A stretch of 63,703 nt of DNA, counting the filler, from Octopus bimaculoides (taxonomy: Eukaryota): the NCBI RefSeq assembly GCF_001194135.2. It is 4 parts of 3 records of this genome, joined end to end, with 100 filler letters (N's around TTAATTAATTAA, not from the genome) between each part and the next. Parts side by side here need not be neighbours in the genome. Positions count along the whole stretch, not along the records: positions 58,616 to 63,703 come from NC_068984.1; 3 more parts are not named here. One strand, given 5' to 3'. The notes under the pieces were generated by a model that saw nothing but the letters and a program-made list of their open reading frames with translations, was not told the origin of the DNA and did not search any database. Positions 63,691 to 63,703 of the stretch are shown piece after piece. Position 1 is the first letter of the stretch. Each line of letters opens with the position of its first letter. A program made the position numbers and the translations under genes.

Positions 63691-63703
63691 TATACATATA
63701 TAT

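Overview
AT-rich, gap-riddled animal genomic DNA dominated by microsatellites and transposon debris. The repeat landscape and TTAATTAATTAA gap linkers suggest a cephalopod (Octopus-type) draft assembly; this is inference. Host genes recognisable on the + strand are (1) one 180-bp internal exon of a soluble guanylate cyclase alpha subunit (7342-7521, HNOBA/PAS region) and (2) the last two coding exons of a divergent Rab5-subfamily GTPase (59883-59976 and 61670-61776, ending KCCHIR*). The rest is mobile DNA: R4/Dong-type RLE LINE fragments in TAA-rich microsatellites, RTE LINEs, Penelope-like element (PLE) RT fragments, several tRNA-SINE families, hAT MITEs with 8-bp TSDs, Helitron-like non-autonomous elements, a mariner 3' end and two Gypsy-like LTR remnants. 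Two signals stand out and are invisible in the ORF track. First, at least eight minimal (palindromic helix III) hammerhead-ribozyme motifs from three or more repeat families, including an apparently intact one at 6978-7025 and an inverted pair at 41997-42310. Second, a 36-nt genomic copy of mature tRNA-Trp (with CCA) at an LTR primer-binding site whose only mismatch falls at position 58, as expected from RT read-through of m1A58. Most listed ORFs are microsatellite or gap artefacts. TE boundaries are approximate unless TSDs are quoted.
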